Under the pieces are notes generated by a model. It was not told the DNA's origin. It saw nothing but the letters and a program-made list of their open reading frames with translations, and searched no databases. DNA of 64,000 nt from Octopus sinensis (lineage: Eukaryota). The position numbers were made by a program, and so were the translations under genes. The first letter of the stretch is position 1. Every line of letters begins with the position of its first letter. Shown here one piece after another: positions 1 to 13,228 of the stretch. The stretch is from contig NC_043006.1 of the NCBI RefSeq assembly GCF_006345805.1, forward strand, positions 56,048,001 through 56,112,000. The letters are read 5' to 3'.

Positions 1-641
1 ATCCTTCTTTATTGAATTGTTTAATGGTGGTCTTTTCTCTAAAGTATATACATACTATGAATTACGGTGCATCCCATGGTGAAGAAGCATCTCTTCTGCA
101 ACGTGGGATGCACCGTAACTCGATCGTTGCGATGAATAAAGTTTCCAGTACACTCTGGGGGTATTTTAGTTTTACAGGGAATGAGCCTTTTACATTGAAG
201 TAGCGATAACCTGACTTGGAAACTCTAGCAAATAATTTATTGAGCATTTTGCCGTTTATATGTTGTAGATTTACACTTTACTTTTTCAGCTGTACCTGTG
301 CATTGCTGTTTCAGTTGCACAGTTTAGAGTGTAGGATTCCGAATCCTGTATCACCAAATCGCCTCTGTAGTTTTCTTTTCTCACGTCTTCCTCGTGATGT
401 GTGAAGTTGTTCTCGGTGTTACGTTTCATAGCTACAACGATCTGTAAGATACTTTTAGCAGGAATAAAATTTAATTTTTAAATTACGTACCCATGCTGGT
501 TCAGGCTTTCTGCTTGAATCTCGAATACGTGGCTTCAGCTCTTTGCAAAACACTAGTGATGTAATAGCTGAGATGTATATCAAAATTTCTTTTTCCTTTT
601 CTTTCTTTCAGAATTTCATCAACAGTTGAGTCATTCATATC

Positions 642-2120
642 ATGGAAGGATTGAAATATATTTTCATAATTTCTTTGTTAAAAACTTATATCTATGCGCA
701 AGATCCGATAATTGATACTACCACTGGGAAGATCAAAGGATCAACCATTTCAGTTCAGAATGTTGATCTTGATGTATTTCTTGGAATACCATTTGCTAAA
801 CCTCCTGTTGGTAATCTAAGATTTAGAAGACCTGAACCAATTGAAAGGTGGAGTGGTATAAAAGACACCAAGGAGCATGTTTCGGCATGTGCACAACAAG
901 CACAGGGAGTTGTTGATCCTGAGAGTTTATGGAACCAGAAACTAATATAAGTGAAGATTGTCTTTATTTGAATATTTGGGCACCAACAGAATCACGGAAA
1001 TCTCGCTCAAATTTAATCACGATGATTTGGATTCATGGAGGTGCATTTGTTTCTGGGTCAAGTACGCTGGAAATGTATGATGGAAAATGGTTAGCTACCA
1101 GTCAAAATATTATCGTTGCATCGCTAAATTACAGATTAGGGCCCTTTGGTTTTCTTTCCTTAAATAACGAGCGTGCTCCGGGTAATATGGGATTGCTTGA
1201 TCAAAACCTCGCTATAAAGTGGATTCATGATAATATTGCATCTTTCGGAGGAGACCCTGGTAGCCTGACACTGTTTGGACATAGTGCTGGTTCAGCATCT
1301 GTTGGTTTTCATACTATTTCCCCACTTTCTCGGAAGCTTTTCAGGAATGCTATCATGATGAGTGGGTCAACCACCTCCGACTGGGCAATTAGATCAATAG
1401 ATAGAAACATCGATAGAGCAAAAGCAATGGCTTCTGCTCTTAAATGTACAGTGGATAACACTAAATTGATGTTAGATTGCTTTTTAGAAGCTGATGCTAA
1501 AAAAATAGCTGAAGCCCAATCTTTCAAGTTAGATGACTACTTACAAGTTACATTCACTCCTGTTGTCGACAATTACTTCTTATCAGGAAATCTAAATGAA
1601 ATTCTGAACGATAAAACCGTGCAAAAAAATGTGCTAACTGGTTTTGTCGAAAATGAAGGAAGTATTTTTGTTCTGACGGCATTTCCCAAAGAAATCCCTG
1701 TAAATGGGATTGCGACGATGGGAACAGATACTGCACATAACTAATGAAAAGTATTACTCAGCCAACATATCTAAATTCTCTGCAAATGGATGTCATCACC
1801 TATCTTTATGGTTCTCGTGTCTTCTCCGTTACTGAAGCTGAAAAATACAGATACATAATAGAACAAGTAGCAGGAGATACAGCATTTACATGTCCTGCTT
1901 TTAAATTCGCCGAGCAATTCAGCCGCCATTCCAACGTCTACATGTATTCGTTCGAGTTTCGATCGCGATTAAATCCCTGGCCGAAATGGTTGGGTGTAGT
2001 GCATGGATATGAGGTTATATTTACATTTGCGCACCCGTTATCTAGAAAAGAGTTTGCAGAAGAAGATAAAATAGTGACAGAAAGAATGTCAAGCTTTTTT
2101 GTAAACTTTTCTAAATCAGG
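642..2120 (+). CDS. Cholinesterase-like gene A, first coding exon (signal peptide plus most of the alpha/beta-hydrolase domain); two 1-nt frameshifts near 935 and 1740
   Basis: ORFs 642-950, 929-1744 and 1744-2124 join into FLGIPFAKPP, SEDCLYLNIW, WIHGGAF, GHSAG (Ser), NEG (Glu) and WLGVVHGYE (His). Acceptor ttctttcag ends at 611, 30 nt before the ATG; donor GG|gtgagt at 2120/2121. Collinear with gene B. Confidence 0.92.
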
Positions 2121-2692
2121 GTGAGTTTTTATTTATTTATTTGTTTATGTTACTTTTTGCGTGTATTGGTGTGTGTATGTGTGTGTCTATACTCATTTTT
2201 GGTCTCCTTTTTATAGTTCTTGCTCGTTCTATGGCAATTTCTGTACACTGAGAGAAGTACGTATATTTACTCACCTCACACTTTCGCATACAAAGCGATT
2301 CATTCAATTATACAGGTACTGACGCAGAGAATCATATACACGCGCTCGCGTGCATACTGTCACGTACTCACATATACACACACACGCACATACACACATA
2401 CACATAATAACAGCCACTAACTAATGTGTTTTTGACCCTTTCGGCAAGAAAGGGAGATAAATTTAGACATATATAAGTTCTATAATACCTCAATAAAATA
2501 TAGACTCCCCAGTACTAGCCAATGTAGTAATGAGAGAATTTCGAAGTAGAAACGTTTGTGTATTGACTTAGAAAAATACAGTTACTCAAACTTTGATAAA
2601 AGTCACCGCAGAAAACTCTCAGACCTTGAATCACTCTGTTACCTCTGTTGAATATTGGTATATACATACAAATAAACCTACATACATACATG

Positions 2693-2739
<47 letters not shown>

Positions 2740-3282
2740 ATATATATATATATACATACACACATTTTAGTTCATCTCATTAGTAATGTCCGGATTTTAA
2801 ATAAGGAAAGCAAGTTATCAAATCTTACATTTTAATGAAATTTGATCGTCAATATAGTTTCCATAATCATCTATGACATCTTTCCATCTATTCGTAATTT
2901 TTTTTTTATCGCATTAGTGACAATACCTTTCGATTTTGAAGAGGAAAACCCCGAATTACAACTTCCTCAGTTATTTTGAGAGTTAATCCATCCAAATGAT
3001 TCTACGGAACAAATGGTAATCTGAAGAACAAGGTCTGGGGAAGAAGATGGATGAGCAATTTTCTCCAAGCCAAGTTCCTCGATCTTCTGTAACGTGATCT
3101 TTACAGTGGTATCTTGCATTGTCCCGATGAAACACCACACGCTTTCGATTCACTAAAGCAGGACTTTTTCTTCAAAGCTTCGTTCAAACGGTCTAATAGT
3201 TGAAAGTATATTTGCTCATTGATTGTTACATTAGCTGATAGCAACTCAGTGTGGCTTCTGAGCTGAAAGATCCACGGTAGAC

Positions 3283-4680
3283 ATGGTCTTAACTCTTGGC
3301 CATCTCCAGGAGAATTGCAGAGAGCTGCAGATACTTCTCTATGTCGCATTCATTGACCTCACCAAGGCCTTTAATCTTATCAGCAGCGACGGTCTTTTCA
3401 AGGATCTCCGAAAGATCGGCTGTCCTCCAAAACTACACAGCTTAATTGAGTCTTTCCACTCCAACATGACAGAGACTGCGCAGTTCAACGGCAGCGGGGT
3501 TAAACAAGGCTGCGTACTCGCCCCAACCCTTTTCGGGATCTTGTCACTCCTCCTGAGGCATGCATTTGTCATAGCACAAGAAGGAATATACTTACGGACC
3601 AGACCGGATGGTAGGCTGTTCAATCTTGCCCGCCTAAAAGCGAGGACAAAGATCCGTGAAGTTCTCATTAGAGACATGCTGATCGCTAATGACGCTGCAG
3701 CTGCGACTCACACTCAGAGGGAACTGCAGCTGCTGATGGATTGCTTAACCCAGGCTTGCAAATACTTTGGGATGACTATCAGTCTGAAGAAGACAAACGT
3801 TATGGGTCAAGACACGGTGGCACCACCTGTCATCACCATCGACAACTATGAGCTCGAGGTTGTCCACCAGTTCATGTACCTTGGTTTCTCTATCACCGAC
3901 AACCTCTCCCTAGATGCTGAGATAGACAAGAGGATCGGGAAGGCAGCCACAACATTCGCTCGCCTCACGCCAAGAGTGTGGACAAACTCCAAGATAACAG
4001 TGAAAATGGAAATGGGTGTGTATAGAATTGCGTCCTCAGCATCCTGCTATACGGTAGCGAGACATGGACTGCGTACGCCCGCCAGGAGAAACGGCTTAAC
4101 ACCTTCCATCTCAGAAGCCTCCGACGCATACTCGGCATCTCCTGCCAAGACAAAGTAACCAATACTGACGTTCTGTCTCGTGCTGGCCTCCCCACCTTGC
4201 TCACCTTTCTAAGACAACGTCGGCTGCGCTGGCTTGATCACGTTCGCCGTATGGAGGATGTTCGGATCCCAAAGGATGTTCTCTTCGGAGAGCTTGTCGC
4301 AGGGCAGAGAAACATTGGCCGCCCAAAGCTGAGGTACAGTGACGTGTGCAAGAGGGATATGAAAGCACTTAGCATCAATACCAATTCCTGGGAGGATCTC
4401 ACGGCCGATCGAACCAGCTGGCGAGGCACTCTTCACAAACAACCGCAGACAGCCGAAGAGAATTTGAGGGTGGTGGCAGCTGAAAACTGAACCCGCAGAA
4501 TAGAAATGACAGCCAACAGACCGGATTCAACGTATAGGTGTGACCTCTGCAAATGAGACTGTCACTGTCGCATCGCTCTCTACAGCTACAGGAGGCGTTG
4601 CAAAAACTGAATAGACAACTCAACGGACGGATGACATCATCCATGGTTAGCCATGACCGACGGAGGCCCGAAAAAAATGT
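3283..4680 (+). mobile_element. RTE-clade LINE, 5'-truncated and degenerate, in an intron of gene A
   Basis: FIDLTKAF, GVKQGCVLAPTLF, a decayed (F)ADD motif, RLRWLDHVRRMED..IPK..LFGEL; frameshifted. Confidence 0.88.
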
Positions 4681-4692
4681 ACACCCCCCCCA

Positions 4693-4728
<36 letters not shown>

Positions 4729-4742
4729 TGTATGTATGTATG

Positions 4743-4819
<77 letters not shown>

Positions 4820-5102
4820 ATATTTATATATTGTATTTCGGGATGGTATTATTTTTTGTATTTTGCCAATCACTATACAGATATATATTTTCTTAGTCTT
4901 TTATTACTGTTCTTATTTTATTATTTTACTCATGTCCATTGTCCGGAAATCTTTTGTCACAAGTGTGTGACCTCTTCAGCGGCACTTTTCGTTTTCGTGT
5001 GAGGTCTTTCTCCATTTATTCCATTCTGTTCTTCTAAGATGTGTGTCCTTATGTGCGCATGCTTTTGCGTCCTTGTTTGTTGGTGTGTGTGTGTGTGTGT
5101 AT

Positions 5103-5141
<39 letters not shown>

Positions 5142-5825
5142 TGCGTGTGTGTGTGTGTGTGCCCGCATGTGATTGTATGTGTGTGTGTATCATAATATTT
5201 AGCAGCAGTGTGGCCTTCCTCTCACCCTATTGTTTTGCTGCTGTCCTAAGACCCGATAAAATGGTACAGTTGGTATGCTGTATGTATCCATGCCTTTATA
5301 TAGATTTATTTATTTTATCTATCTCTATGTCTTATATTTATTACAGGTAACAAATATATTTATATATTGGAGTGATTATATCACTCCAAGTATTTTAATC
5401 CAAAGCTTAACCAAGTCTATCATTTACCACCTTGAACAGAACAGAAACAAGATATTCATTTTAAAGGGTGGTTGTTGTCGACTAATTTCATCTCAGTATT
5501 TACTACTGAGTACCTGTCGATCACAGGGGTCGATATAGTCGACTTACCCACTCCTTCGACATTACTGGCCTTGTGCCAAAATTTGAAACTATTATATTTT
5601 ATTTATCCATGAAGACTAAAATTCAAAGTTGACCTCGATGGGATTTTGAACACTGATATAAGAGGCAGAAAATAGTTACCTCAGACATCTCGTCCGATGT
5701 TCTAAGGAATCTGTCAATTCATTTCCAGTCACTTGCATAAAATATTTGCTATCATGTTTCCTACCATAAGCACAAAGCCTCACTTACCTAAAGTTTTGAT
5801 TTCTCTTTGATTTATTGTTTTCCAG

Positions 5826-6009
5826 TAATCCTAACAATGGAGGTTGTTCTGATTGCTCCAATGATCCATGGCCCAAGTTCACACCCGAAAACCAGAAATA
5901 TATTGTGATTGACGATAAAGCAGAGCCTGAGACGAAAGAGAATTACATGAATAATATATGCGGTTTTTGGACAGATCTCCTCCCCAAAATGGACAGACCC
6001 ATTGTCCAG
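5826..6009 (+). CDS. Gene A second coding exon (NPNNGGCSDCSNDPWPKF...ICGFWTDLLP); 1 nt shorter than the paralogous exon
   Basis: Acceptor ttttccag|T completes GG+T = Gly; donor CAG|gtaagt. Homologous to 36694-36878 (184 vs 185 nt). Confidence 0.9.
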
Positions 6010-6117
6010 GTAAGTTTCCATATATTATTTCTCTCATTTTCTCTGCTGATCGTTGTCATATTCATTAGTACACACAACACAGACATACACTTTCTATGCA
6101 CACACACATATATATAT

Positions 6118-6179
<62 letters not shown>

Positions 6180-6190
6180 GTATACATACA

Positions 6191-6226
<36 letters not shown>

Positions 6227-6522
6227 AATAGATGAGTGTATTTTTACCTTGTTAACAATTAACACGGAAAAAATAAATAAATAGTTACCAGGGCAGCAAA
6301 AATCTCACAAGTAAAGGTGTTGTAACTCCTTGTTTATAAAGGTAGAAACTTCGTGTTTACGTCGAATAATATGAATAAAAAATTTTCGTTTTTATCACTT
6401 TCCTGGGGAGAAGATTGCATTGTTTATACCATTTATTCTTTTGAATAGTATCAGTGGAATTTTCGAAACATGTATCGAAAGTAAAAATATTTGATTACAC
6501 CTGCGTTAACTCCATTTTTTTA

Positions 6523-6593
<71 letters not shown>

Positions 6594-7114
6594 GTATTAT
6601 TATAAATTTGAGATTTTACCAATAGAACCACAACTCCTTTTTCAGGACAATCTTATTTTCTGGAATACACATAGAAAGTTATATCCAGTATAACTATAAT
6701 AATATAAGCATTTTAAAGCCTACTTTAAAGTACAATGAAATAAATTTTTTTAAATATTTTAAAATATTTGAAAAATATATATACCCTACATGTGGGGAAA
6801 GTAGATAAGTGTAATCAACACTACACGTGTTTCTGCGCCGGTGGTTTGTTAAACCAGGCCATACCTAATCCATAAATCCACCAGTGCGTTCTGGGGCTAG
6901 TTTCTTATTGTTATTATTATTAACGAATCAAGCTTAAAACTACATATTCTAAGATATATTCAATAGAAAAATAAGAATATGGATAAAAATATAATTAAAA
7001 TATATATAACTTACTAATATATTTTGAAAAAATTACCAAATCAAAATATTTTTTAAATCAAAAAATTTTTTAAATAATAAAAATTTATAAAATTAAACAC
7101 CTAAAAATACTATT

Positions 7115-7208
<94 letters not shown>

Positions 7209-7766
7209 TGCTAAACAAAGAAACCCTCATCGACTATTTTATAAACACATCAAATTCCACCGCTTATCTATATGAACATTACGAGTATTAATAATTATTG
7301 TAAGATTTACCCCTAACTATACAAGCATGGATTATCATTTTTATGTCAACCGTAAGTTAATAATATTTAAAAAGTAAAAACCTCCATATACGTTATAAAT
7401 TTAGTGAATAAGACTAGTAAATGAATCTAGTAAACAAAATTAACAAAGGAAGAATACTTATCTACACGTTTACTCCTGCTAGTTCCTGTGCAAATGGCCA
7501 CTCCCTTTGTCGTCGCTAGGTATTATAGGAATAACATAAATAAAATATACTACTCTGAAAAATTCTCTAAGACTAATAATATTTGAGAGATTGAATTCAA
7601 GGCGAGATAATATCAAGATACTCTGAAATTTAGCTATAACTGGATTTTTTCTCTAGTGTTAAAGATTTAAAGAATTATGTTATATTAAATGTGGCTTGTC
7701 TATTCCTTTTAATGTAATATTCTTTAAATATATTTTTGGTTCTCGGTATATCCGTATCTAATACTA

Positions 7767-7907
7767 TTAGGTTGTCCCAAAAGTTCGTAAACACTTGCGA
7801 AAATTGAATTTTTATTCGCCAAGTACTAACAAAAACAACAAAAATTATTCCTCAAAATAAAGACCATTATTTTCCAAGACTTTCTACGAACTTTTGGGAC
7901 AACCTTA
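7767..7907. mobile_element. 141-bp Tc1/mariner-type MITE
   Basis: TIRs TTAGGTTGTCCCAAAAGTTCGTA / TACGAACTTTTGGGACAACCTTA, each flanked by TA. Confidence 0.8.
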
Positions 7908-7919
7908 TATTATATAATT

Positions 7920-8650
7920 CTATTATAACTACATGTAACTATCTTCCACATAATTGTTTAGGAAATTACATACATTCTTATGTCGGCATTTTGTTCCTCT
8001 CTCTTCTGAACTGCTCAGTAATACCTCTCTCGATTGGAGTATTTTCATTTGTGCATAATAAGCACATTTTATTACCTATTCTATATGACTTCGCTCTACT
8101 AAGGATATTCCAATTAAGGGTGTATTCTATTTTTCAGATATCAACTCCTATATGTATTTACTTAGGCCTGTCGAATTTATTATGGGATTTTTAATGGATT
8201 GATAATGCTGGAAAATTCTTCTTTTAATTTCATTCGCTGTGGATCCTATATATTCTTTCTTCTTATTATTAGAGGTTACAGTACATTTATAAATTACATT
8301 ATCTAGGTTGCAATTATTATTAACGCTACATTTGGATTTATCTTGACATGTGTATTTATTTAAAATACAGTTATGTTTTTTTATTGTTATTTTTCTTCCG
8401 TAGCTATTGTTAATATTAGTTAAATTGTTATTATAGAAGTTATTTAATTTGACGTTGTTTATAAAGGATATAATATTACTAACGTTTTTTGTTGTCGAAT
8501 AGCCCACTCTGATAGTTTTGTTTGAGAATATTTTCGTGTATGTTTTGTTCTTTTTAAAGGCTGTTTTTATTATGTTCAGAATTTCTTCAAGTTAGTTTCA
8601 ATTTATCCCATAAGGGATAATTAGCCATATAATTTCCTTACGGCTATCAT
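7920..8650 (-). mobile_element. Penelope-like element remnant (GIY-YIG endonuclease region)
   Basis: ORF 8148-8507: NVIYKCTV...EYIGST..EIKRRIFQHYQS...TGLSKYI. Confidence 0.8.
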
Positions 8651-9829
8651 TATTATTATTAATATTACTATTATTATAATTCATCTTATTATTTTTGTTC
8701 ATTGTCAGTGTATTCTTCGTGGGTGTATAATAATTGTGCTTATTTACATTCGAATTATTTTTGGTAATCGTTGAAATGCTAGAGCCAAAAAAAAACTGGT
8801 GTCAGTGTATAAAATTACTGAATGAATAAATATTTGAAAACTTTTATATAGATATTATTAATTACTATCATTAGTAAAATGAATAATAACAACAATAATA
8901 TAGTTGGCCAACAAGCAAAGACTGATAAATAGCAAATCCATTTACACAGACACAGACACACACACACACACACACACACTCACACAGACAGACATATACA
9001 CACACATTCACGCACACACATATATCTAATATAATAAATGCGAAAAGTAATTTCTGTGTGTCAGTGTGTCACACTTCGACCCCTTCTCTTACTATTCCGT
9101 GACACTCCTACTATTGCTCATGTTGGGGCAAGAGTAATAGTAGGCATAGAGACAGTGAGGGTGGTGGTGAAAACTGACAGAGAAAGAGAGTCAGAAAGAA
9201 AAAAGGGAGACAAAAAATATAGGGAGAGTTGATGATGTTTTTATTAAAAGTAGTAGTGTTGATGGTGGCTGTGGGAGTAATAATAATAATGAGAGAGTGA
9301 GAGAGAGAAAGAGTGGCTATGTGAGAGAAAGAGGGACTGACTACTGAACTAACATGCTGAAGTAACATACTGAACGAACACACACATTTAGCCATTTTGT
9401 GATGGTAATGGGGTGATAGTAATAGTATGCTGTAGTTGTGATAGTTGCAGAGGCGGCGGTGAATGTGGTGATGATGGTAGCCGAGGGGGTGATGGATGAA
9501 TTGAGAGTAAATAATGTGAAAGACAGTGGTGATGATGATGGAGGAGAAGGCAGCGAAGTCAAAGGAATTGACGGTGGTGGCATCAGAAGTGTGCATGGTG
9601 TGTGTATGGCTGATGTAGTGGTGATGGTGGTGGTGGTATAAGTTCCACGTCGACAAATTGTATCATTGTTTTGATGAAAATAGTTCACTGCTTGAAAAAT
9701 ATTGTTGAAGCTTAATAAAATTTAACATATACTCAAAGCAGGAAGTGTCATTTTTGGGCCCAAGGCATAATAAAGCGCCCCACAGGTTCGTTTTAAAAGC
9801 CGTCCTATCGGGTAGCTTTTGATATACTG

Positions 9830-9912
<83 letters not shown>

Positions 9913-9941
9913 AGTAATATAATATATGTAATATATATATA

Positions 9942-10004
<63 letters not shown>

Positions 10005-10006
<2 letters not shown>

Positions 10007-10230
10007 TGGTGGTTGTCTATTCCTTATGCAGAATCTGACCACATCCTGCACCTACACCTTAGAACTATCATGGTATCTAATATGGCTTTTTAAACATGAC
10101 AATGATTCAAAAGATTCCCACATCTATTGCATATCTGATTTGGACCACCAAGAACAGTAGTTAAGTTCTGATCTTTGTGGATCTTAAAATGTTTTTTGAG
10201 GCCTCCATTAAATTCGCAGGCCTTATGGCA
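10005..10230 (-). mobile_element. Probable LINE (RTE-like) 3' end with decayed C2H2 fingers
   Basis: Minus strand reads [10 protein letters not shown]...ICNRCG...LKSHIRYH between (TA)n tracts. Confidence 0.4.
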
Positions 10231-10288
10231 TACATACATACATACACATATACATGTATATATATATATATATGTGCATGTATGTGTG

Positions 10289-10383
<95 letters not shown>

Positions 10384-10461
10384 GTATGTATATATGTATA
10401 TATATATGTTATGAATATATATATGTATATATATATGTATGAATATATATATATGTATATA

Positions 10462-10528
<67 letters not shown>

Positions 10529-11027
10529 TGATTTTTTTTTCTGTGTGTTTGTGTTTGCCGATGGACTTATCTAGCATCACCTTATCTCATGTCTTCTTCC
10601 CTTTTAAGGAAATTAAGAATGACGTAAAGGAAAACTGGGTGCTAGTTTTAGCAGGTGGAGAGACGAGGTAAAACTTCGTTTGCGGTCTCATAGTTACTGT
10701 TTTTTTTTTAGTTCCAGATGAACAAACAAACACTCCTACTGTGGCTGTTTCTTCTTATTTTCTTTTCAAATATAGTTTATTTAGGACCATGCTTTCTAAT
10801 AAAATTCGTGGTGGGATTTAGTTACACCTAATTTGGCTAAATTTACAATCTGCACTCTCCATTTCCCTCTCTCTCTTTCTCACACACATACACAAACACA
10901 CACAGACACACACAAATATATGTCTGTCATAGACTATACTTACAGCATTACATACATTTACCTTGTACCATTGCAATAAGATACAACTCGTTAACGAACG
11001 ATTATTTTATTCGATTCTGTTTTTCAG

Positions 11028-11134
11028 GACCAACAAGCGGATCACAAAATATCTGGACATTCCAGGGAAGAATTCTGACCTATCTCACATCAATTTCTTT
11101 CTCTTTGATATTGTTTTGGAACATTTTTGCCTAA
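11028..11134 (+). CDS. Gene A last coding exon, hydrophobic GPI-signal-like tail (G)PTSGSQNIWTFQGRILTYLTSISFSLILFWNIFA*
   Basis: Acceptor tgtttttcag|GA; phase-1 translation aligns with the gene B last exon (SQNxWTFQxxILT). TAA at 11132-11134; the 3'UTR start resembles that of gene B. Confidence 0.82.
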
Positions 11135-11185
11135 ATACTCAGTTAATCACATCACTCTATATTGACATTGCTGTATTATCGAATT

Positions 11186-11191
11186 AATAAA
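11186..11191 (+). terminator. Putative polyadenylation signal of gene A
   Basis: AATAAA about 50 nt after the stop, followed by a T/GT-rich tract. Gene B has AGTAAA at the equivalent position (40493-40498) and ATTAAA at 40528-40533. Confidence 0.5.
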
Positions 11192-11500
11192 ATCATTTTT
11201 ATTTGTTATCTTTTGTGTTTTCCCACTTTATTTCAGGTCTCTCAAATTCACTCAGCAGGCAAAAAATGAGTTGCACCTGTCTTTCAAAAATGAGTTGTAC
11301 CTGTATTTCATAGGACTAGCCTTGGCATATTGTGTCACGCTGAACCCCTTTCAGAACTACGATAAAGGTACGAGTGTCTGTGCAATGCAGTCATTTGCAC
11401 GCTAATTCCAGATGTAGACTGTCCCTGAAATTGGTCAGATCAACTGGAACACTCATCGTCGTAACTGATAGTCTGCTGTTTTCTATATATTAAATCAATT

Positions 11501-11574
<74 letters not shown>

Positions 11575-11576
<2 letters not shown>

Positions 11577-11961
11577 GGCTCTCTGGCTATATTTGACAGA
11601 CGGAAACTTGAAACGAGAAAGCGAAACGCTAATTATAGCCACCCAGAAACAAGCCCATAGAACAAACCTGATACAGGCAAAGATCGACAAGACTCAACCG
11701 GACAGCAAATGTAGAGTCTGCAGGAAAGGAGACGAAAGTATCACTCATCTCTTGAGTGAATACACAAAGGGAGTGCAAATGCAGGCGTAACTGTGTAGGC
11801 AAAAAATGCACTAGGATGTTAGCATTCCTATATTAGTCCTGTTGATGGAGCCAGTACCACCCAGGTTTTCAGTATTATTATTATTATTAGTAGTAGTAGT
11901 AGTAGTAGTAGGTAGTATTAGTAGTAGTAGCAGCAGTAGTAGTAGTAGTAGTAGTAGTAGT

Positions 11962-12046
<85 letters not shown>

Positions 12047-12770
12047 ATGATGATAATAATAATAACAACAACAACAACAAGTCGAAGTGCTGATGTAGAC
12101 CAAGCAATAATCCAATAGTGGCTGAGACGTTCAGAACTGAAAGCAGAGACTGAAAGTTTCACATTGGCGGCAAAAGATCAAAGCTTGCTTACCAGAGGCT
12201 AACGTTCTTCAAAAACGGTTCTGACCCTAAATGCAGCTTCTGCGACACATTTGACGAAACAATAGACCACCTCGTTTCGGGATGTTCTGCGCTGACACTA
12301 AACGAATGCAAAAATCGCCACGATAAGGTAGGACATATTTACATTGGAAAATATTTAAACACTACAAAATCGGCACTCCTGCTTACTGATATGAACATCA
12401 TCCTGAGCCTGTCGTTGAAGGTAAAGATATCACTATCCTCTGGAATTTTCCAGTCAACACTTGACAGAACGATCCAGATGAGTCGACCAGGTATAATTAT
12501 TAAAAACAGAGAAGAAAATACTAGTAAACTAATAGATATAACTGTTCCCACCGATAAAAATATATCTGTAAAGGAATTTAACAAAATAAGTAAATGTAAG
12601 GACCTGGAAATTGAAATACAAAAGATATGGTATTTTAGAGCAAGAACGGTTCCTCTTAGAGATGTCAGAAACATCTAGACAACATCCCAGGAGAACTGTC
12701 TCAGAGAAATTCAAAAGATTGTGCTGACAAGTAATGCCCAGATCCTTAGAAAAACTCTATCAATTTAAAT
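11575..12770 (+). mobile_element. Degenerate R4/Dong-type (RLE) non-LTR fragments split by a compound (AGT/AGC/AAT/AAC)n microsatellite
   Basis: LKRESETLIIATQ, CRVC, RHDKV, RPGIII, KCKDLEIEI motifs. Confidence 0.75.
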
Positions 12771-13144
12771 GTTTGTGCAGTATTACATGAAGATATTTTG
12801 CTACTGTCCCTGTCACTTCCCCTCCCCAGGCTTTCAGCCATACTGTAACATCTCTCATCTTTCACTCGCCTTAGGAAGCTTCGTGTGTCTCGGCAAGTGA
12901 TTGTAACGAACATGCAGATTAAAAGTAAATAACAATAATTAGAGGAACAACAAAAACAACAACAATAAAAAGAAGTAGTAGGAGAAACAATAAATCATAG
13001 TTTCTGGCTGCTCAGTCTTGACTAAGAAGGAATATATCCACCGATGACACAGTTGAGATCTATATACACTGGAAGCTATACCAACAATGTGGGATGACAA
13101 CAGAAAAAGGATGGTATAGGCACACTTTATTATTATTATTATTA

Positions 13145-13225
<81 letters not shown>

Positions 13226-13228
<3 letters not shown>

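Noticed and set aside
1-611. Promoter or first non-coding exon of gene A (and of gene B upstream of 30638)
   Set aside because: The acceptor before each ATG implies an upstream exon, but none could be located from sequence alone.
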